Virus record (IMG/VR): IMGVR_UViG_3300025483_001155
Direction: 5' to 3' (one strand)
Length of the DNA stretch: 64,000 nucleotides
Source of the DNA: an uncultured virus (IMG/VR IMGVR_UViG_3300025483_001155)
Taxonomy: Duplodnaviria; Heunggongvirae; Uroviricota; Caudoviricetes
Made by a program: the position numbers and the translations under genes. Numbering within the stretch: position 1 is the first letter of the stretch; each line of letters opens with the position of its first letter. The notes beneath the pieces were generated by a model. It saw only the letters and a list, made by a program, of their open reading frames with translations. It made no database searches and was not told where the DNA came from. Of this stretch, positions 57,762 through 64,000 are shown piece after piece.

Positions 57762-59183
57762 TCAAGTTTCGTCAAAAGCAGATCGACTTTTAGTTTTAAG
57801 CATCGATCTGAGTGAACTTGCTGCCTGCGTCTTTTCAAATACCGGAGTATCATCTTCATCTGATTTGTTTAGAGTAGTTTTCTTTCTAAGTTGGTCAACC
57901 ACACTAGAAGAAACGTTTGTTGATGATGGTGTGCCGGCGCCATTACTATTTTGGTCTGGATCATCTGTAATGCGCAAACTATCTCTATCAAATAATAAAC
58001 TTACTTTACTACCAACACCAGAAGATGATCGTGTTTTTAACAATTGAAGTTGGTATTGACCTCTCTCACGCATTGCATTAGATGTAAAGATACCTATAAC
58101 GTTATCTGCAGTTTGAATTTTACTAATGCCACCAGCAATATGAGAGTGATCAAATTCAATTTCTTCAACTGCACTACGATTTAATTGTGATGCTGTCACT
58201 GTAACAGTCTGTGTTTCCATAGAAAAGTTGCGCATTTCTTCGGTAACATATTTGTCTTTGGTGAATGTATCACCTGCTTGGACCTTTTTAGTTGCTGGCA
58301 TTAACAAATCTAGATAGTCAATACACATACAATCAACTGTTTTGCCAGTTTGTATCTGAAGTTCTTTCAAGTAAGACCTTAGATCATTGATTGTTGAACC
58401 ACTCGGAAGATACTTTATACGTAGCATACCGGACTGTTTGCCTTTCGCTTTGACTTGTAGTTCAACATCATCTAGGTCTTTAAAAATGCGTCTAGTACTG
58501 CGGTCCGTCTGCATTGCATACATACGCATACTTGAAAGTTCCTCGGATAACTCCAATGTGAAGTAGACACAATTCAACCCAGCCTCCGCCCAATTCAGGC
58601 TCATATTTTGCATAAAAAGGGATTTACCTGCCCCGGAGCCGCCTGCAAAAATCGTAATCTCCCCACGATTAATGCCACCATATAACTTATCATCAAGAGA
58701 TTTCCAACCAGTCGTAATCTGACCATTATTGTCTTTCATCCGTTCAAGCACACCTCTAGGATCAGCAAAATAATCTGTTCCTAAACTACGTGCCAGTCCA
58801 ATTTGAACAGCCTCTTTAATTCTAAGTTCTACTTCACCGTATTTGCCAGTCTCAAGTAAATCTGTGCTATCGATAATAGCCTTCTCAATAGCCTTGTGCC
58901 GGCAAAATGTCTCAAACTCATCCACAAACCATTCTTCGTGCTGGGTTATGTTGTCCAACTTCTCAATGTCTTGCCCCGTTTCTGCCTTAATAATTGCAGT
59001 ATCTGGCAGTGTAGAATAATCTTCACTATAATCAATAAGTTGTTTGACCACAGGACGAACACTGCGGTCAAAATATTCAGGCTTAATAATCCCTCTGATC
59101 CTAGTATATAGTTCAGGATTAGTCACCATGAATTGAATGAATAATTTCTGTAAGTCTGTGCTATAATTTTTTACTTCTGACAT
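57762..59183 (-). CDS. Replicative DNA helicase (T4 gp41/DnaB-like)
   Basis: AGGSGAGKS, TLELSE, IDYLDL, TASQLNR, LKTR. Confidence 0.93.
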   Translation of the reverse strand: MSEVKNYSTDLQKLFIQFMVTNPELYTRIRGIIKPEYFDRSVRPVVKQLIDYSEDYSTLPDTAIIKAETGQDIEKLDNITQHEEWFVDEFETFCRHKAIEKAIIDSTDLLETGKYGEVELRIKEAVQIGLARSLGTDYFADPRGVLERMKDNNGQITTGWKSLDDKLYGGINRGEITIFAGGSGAGKSLFMQNMSLNWAEAGLNCVYFTLELSEELSSMRMYAMQTDRSTRRIFKDLDDVELQVKAKGKQSGMLRIKYLPSGSTINDLRSYLKELQIQTGKTVDCMCIDYLDLLMPATKKVQAGDTFTKDKYVTEEMRNFSMETQTVTVTASQLNRSAVEEIEFDHSHIAGGISKIQTADNVIGIFTSNAMRERGQYQLQLLKTRSSSGVGSKVSLLFDRDSLRITDDPDQNSNGAGTPSSTNVSSSVVDQLRKKTTLNKSDEDDTPVFEKTQAASSLRSMLKTKSRSAFDET

Positions 59184-59189
59184 TTGTAT

Positions 59190-59288
59190 ATTATATCATT
59201 TCTATGTATAAAGGTCAACACTTTTAATCAAAAAGTGCCGAGTTTAAATTAGTTTCTTCTTTATATAGTGATTCGTATTATTTGTCAA
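59190..59288 (-). promoter_or_regulatory. Tandem sigma70 promoters for helicase (distal one with GANTC)
   Basis: TTGACC 59213-18 with TATAAT 59190-95; TTGACA 59283-88 with TATAAA 59260-65 and TGATTCG 59269-75. Confidence 0.75.
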
Positions 59289-59290
59289 GT

Positions 59291-59314
59291 AAAAAGGGCA
59301 CCGAAGCGCCCTTT
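59291..59314 (-). terminator. Rho-independent terminator
   Basis: AAAGGGCGC-TTCG-GTGCCCTTTTT. Confidence 0.75.
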
Positions 59315-59532
59315 TATTTTCCACTACCAAATCTGTCTTTTGGTCTATAAAAAATCTTTTGATTGTGAAATCTTCCTAACAAATCTCGAATTTCTTTCAA
59401 CTCTGCTGCCAAGCCATCATCATATTCTTCCATTAAACGCTGTGCTCTCCTTGAAACCTTTGCACTTAATGCATTTTCTATGATTTCTAGATCCCTAACT
59501 GATAACTTAAAATTTTCATTTGGTTTTATCAT
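59314..59532 (-). CDS. Small hypothetical protein
   Basis: 72-aa ORF after clpP. Confidence 0.6.
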   Translation of the reverse strand: MIKPNENFKLSVRDLEIIENALSAKVSRRAQRLMEEYDDGLAAELKEIRDLLGRFHNQKIFYRPKDRFGSGK

Positions 59533-59545
59533 GATATTATATACT

Positions 59546-60232
59546 CTAGTATGTAGTAATAATTTTATCAGCGATGCCGTGCCTAACTGCCTCCTCGGGC
59601 GTTAACCATACATCACTCTCTGGCAAAAGATTCTTACGAATATATGTTTCATTTTTGCCAGTGCATTTCTTATAATGGTCAAGCATACGTTCAGTTGATA
59701 ATTCAAACTCTTTAACAATCGACATTAGTTCGTGTTCTTTACCTTTTGAACCCCAACTATATTGATGTGACATTATACTTGTGTTCTGAGTAAGATAACG
59801 ATGTCCTTTTTCGCCAGACATCATTAGTAGTACCCCACAACTTGCAATCATGCCCATGCCATACGTATGTACTGGGATTTCACTTTGTTTAATTGTATCG
59901 ATTAAATGCATTGCACTTGCAACTGAACCACCCGGAGAATTAATATAAAGATGAATAGCAGAAGGACGTTGTTCTGCAGGCATCATATTATATTCCATAA
60001 TCATTTTTACCAATGGCATACAATTTTCTTGATTGAATTCCTTATCCATGAATAATACACCGTTATCATACAGAATTTCACCTGGCTTTTTAGGCTGCGT
60101 AGGTGGCGGTGGCATCTGCATCTGTGGGGGGACAGGTTGCTCTTTGGGTGACGGGATTACTTTTGTCTCTACAACTGGTTTCTTCCCTACCGTCTTTTTG
60201 GTTGTTTTCTTTTTAACTGGATTCTTTGCCAT
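59546..60232 (-). CDS. clpP: ATP-dependent Clp protease proteolytic subunit
   Basis: LYINSPGG, GMIASCG (catalytic Ser), MSHQ (His), DVWLTPEEA..GIAD; Lys/Pro-rich N-terminal extension. Confidence 0.92.
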   Translation of the reverse strand: MAKNPVKKKTTKKTVGKKPVVETKVIPSPKEQPVPPQMQMPPPPTQPKKPGEILYDNGVLFMDKEFNQENCMPLVKMIMEYNMMPAEQRPSAIHLYINSPGGSVASAMHLIDTIKQSEIPVHTYGMGMIASCGVLLMMSGEKGHRYLTQNTSIMSHQYSWGSKGKEHELMSIVKEFELSTERMLDHYKKCTGKNETYIRKNLLPESDVWLTPEEAVRHGIADKIITTY

Positions 60233-60251
60233 ATATTTGTATTTCCTATTA

Positions 60252-61253
60252 TTATCCCAAACGCATCTTTACGTTTATTTTAGTACTATTACTTATCTTA
60301 CTATCAATTATACTTTTTAAAGTATATAACTTACCATATTTATTAACTGCATCCGCTGCATCTTTTATTTCATTTTCCCATCTTGGAAAACTAACACTCC
60401 AACCATTTTCAATAGCCTGTTTAATTAATTTTTCACCTGCTTTATCTCTGTCAGGACTTAATATGATTTCGCCTTTAAATAAATTAATATAGTCTATTTG
60501 TTCTTTACTTGCTTCGTTACTCATTACAGCAACACAATCTAATGCCGCTGCATCAAATACACCTTCAGTTACTATTAAATACTGTCGATGACTCTTAATA
60601 ACATCAATATTATATATGAAGTCCTTGGGAGTCTTCATCATATATTTTGAATCTGCTTTTCCTGTATAGTCCCTGCCCGTGTAACCTACTATGCGGCTGC
60701 CCTGGTAGTATGGAATAATGACTCTGTTTCTAAATACTGGATGTGGACTCCAATATATATTACTTACATGGTCATATAGTCCACGATCTATTAGGTATTT
60801 AGCACCTAAAATTGCTCTTTTATCAGGTGAGTCAATTTGTAGTAAATCATCCAATAATACACTTCCTTCGGGTAATTCACAATCTTTAAATTTGGGTATA
60901 ATAGTACTAGATTTTTCACTAGTAAATATCATTGGACCGTCTGCTAATTCTTTATCTCGTATTGCTTGTAATTGAATACGTTTAATATCACCATCTGGAA
61001 TGCCCAAATTACGCATTAGTAAAATCATTTTTTTGTTAATGACCCTACCTGATTTATGTGATGCAGTGAACCCGCAGTTAAAACAATGATACGAAATACT
61101 TTCATCATCTGTACGAATACCACCACGTAATCTAGTATCGTTACGTGCTTCGCCGTTTTCTATACAACAAGGACAGTTAAAAGACAACCAACCACCCGAT
61201 GATTGCCGTCTCTTGTGCGGTAAATGTGAATATAATACTTGTTGTATTTCCAT
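60252..61253 (-). CDS. DNA primase (T4 gp61-like)
   Basis: CPCC..HCFNC zinc finger; RVIIP, GR, TEGVFDA, PDRD, KDA TOPRIM motifs. Confidence 0.9.
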   Translation of the reverse strand: MEIQQVLYSHLPHKRRQSSGGWLSFNCPCCIENGEARNDTRLRGGIRTDDESISYHCFNCGFTASHKSGRVINKKMILLMRNLGIPDGDIKRIQLQAIRDKELADGPMIFTSEKSSTIIPKFKDCELPEGSVLLDDLLQIDSPDKRAILGAKYLIDRGLYDHVSNIYWSPHPVFRNRVIIPYYQGSRIVGYTGRDYTGKADSKYMMKTPKDFIYNIDVIKSHRQYLIVTEGVFDAAALDCVAVMSNEASKEQIDYINLFKGEIILSPDRDKAGEKLIKQAIENGWSVSFPRWENEIKDAADAVNKYGKLYTLKSIIDSKISNSTKINVKMRLG

Positions 61254-61300
61254 AGTTAAATTATAACATTAATTTAGTTCATAGTCAAGGCGTTTTTAAA

Positions 61301-62227
61301 TTAGTCAAATAAATTTGAGTTGTTAAATCGTTCTGCCATTTTTTTATACATCTCTGGATCACGCTCAATTAATATTGCATTTCGGTTAATCAATCTTGCT
61401 GCTGAACCTGTACTACCACTACCGGCAAAAGTATCTAGAACTGTATCATTGGGATTACTACATAATGTAATAAAATATTCTAAGATTTCTTCTGGCTTTT
61501 GAGTTGGATGTATTTTATTTTTACCCAAACCGCCACTATATGATATTGTATTTGGAACAACACAATGAACTATATCATTAGTTTTTTTCAAATTACTATA
61601 AACTTTTTTGGCATCATCTAATGCATCATTAAAGCATTTATCCAAGTTACCGTAGATATCATCTTTAATATGCTTATACAAAATACTACTTACTTTGTCG
61701 GCAAGACTATAGCGTTCAACTATTGTACCTTTAACTGCATCACTATTAAATGTACGTTTACCACCGGGTTTAATACCAAATATAATATATTCACACCCAC
61801 TTACTGGATTTACATTCCTATTGAACGGTACTGCGGCTGGCTTTTTCCAAGTGAATACACGCTTGGGTTCAAATCCAACTGATTCCATTGCTTCCCAAAG
61901 ATGACTAATATATACATCACTGATGAAAACACAAAATGTCCCACCCTTGCGCATCTTATTAAACCATACCTCAGACCATTCTATAAGTTGCAGTTTGAAA
62001 TCAGTATTGCCTAGACTATCCCAATTTTCTGCAAAAGTCTTGTCAAATTTTTGACTATGTATTGCATTTTTATTTTCGCCAGTAACTGGATCAACCCATT
62101 TAACTTCCTGAGCACCTCTATCACTTATATTATAAGGTGGGTCAGTTAACAACAAATCAATTGAGTTATTATCAATTTGATTCGCAGCCGTTCGCATATC
62201 GCCGTTTATAGTAATAATTTTATTCAT
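61301..62227 (-). CDS. DNA N6-adenine/N4-cytosine methyltransferase, beta class
   Basis: TDPPYN precedes HPTQKPE and LDTFAGSGSTG. Confidence 0.9.
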   Translation of the reverse strand: MNKIITINGDMRTAANQIDNNSIDLLLTDPPYNISDRGAQEVKWVDPVTGENKNAIHSQKFDKTFAENWDSLGNTDFKLQLIEWSEVWFNKMRKGGTFCVFISDVYISHLWEAMESVGFEPKRVFTWKKPAAVPFNRNVNPVSGCEYIIFGIKPGGKRTFNSDAVKGTIVERYSLADKVSSILYKHIKDDIYGNLDKCFNDALDDAKKVYSNLKKTNDIVHCVVPNTISYSGGLGKNKIHPTQKPEEILEYFITLCSNPNDTVLDTFAGSGSTGSAARLINRNAILIERDPEMYKKMAERFNNSNLFD

Positions 62228-62266
62228 GCGTTTATTATATACGCAAAGTTAATAAATGTCAATAGA

Positions 62267-63556
62267 TTATTTTAAACTCATTTTGAAGCCAAGTTTATTT
62301 CCTGCTGCATAGCCTGCCCAGCCAAATTCAAAGTTTGCCTTTTTAAAAGATGTTTTCTGAAATAACATTGCTCTATTTTTAACATCAATATTTACTTGGA
62401 TTACACTCAATTTTCGTGCTAAATCTTGCAACGATTGCTGTATCTCTTCGTTCATATTTAGATACTTCCAAATCCATTCACCCAATGGGGAAACTATGTA
62501 ACGTACTCTATCATCTCTTTCCCATATAGCATCAGTGAGTTTTGTTTTCATAGTTGCATGAAATGGCTCTAGTATTTGCTTCAAATCTTCTTTGTTTTCA
62601 AAACTATTGAGCCAGTCTGATATTGTAGTCAGGGACATATCTTCTCTTTTTATCCCAGAAATTTCACTTAATGATTGCAATGGCGTAGTGCCAAAATAAC
62701 TATGTAATTTAATGATACCATCTTTTGCACTATTTTCATTAACAGTTTTAAATACAATATAACTCTTCTGTTCTGCAGGATTTACTTTGCCTTCTCTGAT
62801 CTTATCAGAAAGAGCATCAATAATATTCTGAATAGTAACTTTGCCGCCGCCGCCAGATTTGACACTGATAGGATAATCGATATTTAATCTTTCGCCGTAA
62901 AAATCAATTAATGCAGCATTACTTAGTTTTGGGAAATAAGCATTAGCAAATCCCATATTCGAATGGCTCCAAATTGCAGAAAGTATTTCCCCATAATTTT
63001 TAGAAATAGTTGCCAAATCACTGGGAGTAAATGCAGATAAATCTATATTAGCAAGTGATATAGTATTACTCTTTGTAGTAGATAGTTTTGCTATATTAAA
63101 CAATACTTCTGCATGATCAGGATATTTTTCTTGTAAACTATTTTGTAATGTAGATAATATTTCGCTTGCGTTTGCTCTACTTCCTGCAAATCCCAAATCT
63201 TCCGGTGTTAATTCTTTGCCGCCGAACTTTTTATCAGATGATGTATTTGTGCCTGTGATATTATTAACCCAAAGAAGTTCCGTTCCTGGATCAACAAATT
63301 CGTTGCCATCACGCATTTTTAACTGGTAAGTTTCAAATGAGCCACTAATACTTTTAGTAGTATCAAAAACATCAACCCCATAATTATTAAAAAAACGCTT
63401 AAAATCTTGTAAGTTACCATCTAATCCAAAACGTATATGTGTGCCGCCTCTACTTCCGGATGTTAATTTAACATCTGCATCTTTCAACTGCGCACCTAAC
63501 CATTTTTTAAAATCAGTTGCAAGCCCACTTTCTAATAATTCTCTAGTAATTTTCAT
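62267..63556 (-). CDS. Hypothetical protein, possible PD-(D/E)XK-type nuclease
   Basis: NYGEI..FP..SN..LIDF..ISVKSGGG. Confidence 0.5.
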   Translation of the reverse strand: MKITRELLESGLATDFKKWLGAQLKDADVKLTSGSRGGTHIRFGLDGNLQDFKRFFNNYGVDVFDTTKSISGSFETYQLKMRDGNEFVDPGTELLWVNNITGTNTSSDKKFGGKELTPEDLGFAGSRANASEILSTLQNSLQEKYPDHAEVLFNIAKLSTTKSNTISLANIDLSAFTPSDLATISKNYGEILSAIWSHSNMGFANAYFPKLSNAALIDFYGERLNIDYPISVKSGGGGKVTIQNIIDALSDKIREGKVNPAEQKSYIVFKTVNENSAKDGIIKLHSYFGTTPLQSLSEISGIKREDMSLTTISDWLNSFENKEDLKQILEPFHATMKTKLTDAIWERDDRVRYIVSPLGEWIWKYLNMNEEIQQSLQDLARKLSVIQVNIDVKNRAMLFQKTSFKKANFEFGWAGYAAGNKLGFKMSLK

Positions 63557-64000
63557 TTAATTTCTCAACATTACTTTTGTTATTGAACCGCTAGTTGCAG
63601 TATAACTTATTCTTATCCAATTTACATTAGCATTTACCATATATGCTTGCACACCAGTTTCATTATTAACTATAATATTTTTATCATAGAATAGATTAGG
63701 GGTAAGATCAAACCAATCAGTATCATTTAATGATGGTTGCACACTGAGATCCCCTTGAATATTCACATTACCGGAAAATCCATCAAAATACAATGCAATT
63801 GTATGTAATGACTTAGACTTAATAGTATTACCACTACCATCAAATGTAGTAGTTGTAAAGGTTGTAATTTCTTCACCATTTACAACATTAGTAACAGGAA
63901 AAAATGTAGTCGTTTCCTGTGAATCTTCAAACTGTGGATAAATGTCATCAATTACTTCAATTGTGCCCTTGGCGTTATCATATGTATCAGTATATATAAT
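63557..64000 (-). CDS. Probable structural protein, 5' end outside window
   Basis: Frame is open from 64000 to 63557; beta-rich C-terminus. Confidence 0.6.
   Translation of the reverse strand: MIYTDTYDNAKGTIEVIDDIYPQFEDSQETTTFFPVTNVVNGEEITTFTTTTFDGSGNTIKSKSLHTIALYFDGFSGNVNIQGDLSVQPSLNDTDWFDLTPNLFYDKNIIVNNETGVQAYMVNANVNWIRISYTATSGSITKVMLRN

Overview
A 64-kb, AT-rich, densely coded segment of a large (probably jumbo) T4-like myophage genome, almost all on the minus strand. The host is inferred to be an alphaproteobacterium, probably Rhodobacteraceae. The host clues are a circularly permuted two-piece tmRNA with tag ANANYAPEMALAA, DUF1127 genes, a stand-alone corrinoid protein, an FdxA ferredoxin, a ROSE-like leader on hsp20 and GANTC-containing promoters. 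The window holds replication genes (gp41-like helicase, gp61-like primase, exonucleases, DHFR, UvdE), virion or putative virion genes (PAAR, fibre proteins, many proteins with an MKIxEI/L N-terminus), a lysis-like cassette, and a translation/proteostasis set (tmRNA, ClpX, ClpP, ClpS, Hsp20, PepA, IF3, bS21). Most notable signals read from the DNA: (1) a repeated sigma70 promoter with TGATTCG (the GcrA-preferred CcrM/GANTC site) at a fixed spacer position, in a genome with a beta-class methyltransferase; (2) four DNA-metabolism genes with TATAAT exactly 6 nt before the ATG (predicted leaderless mRNAs) in a phage that also encodes IF3 and bS21; (3) several candidate structured RNAs and RBS-sequestering hairpins around late promoters. 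All calls come from motif recognition by eye; no searches were run.
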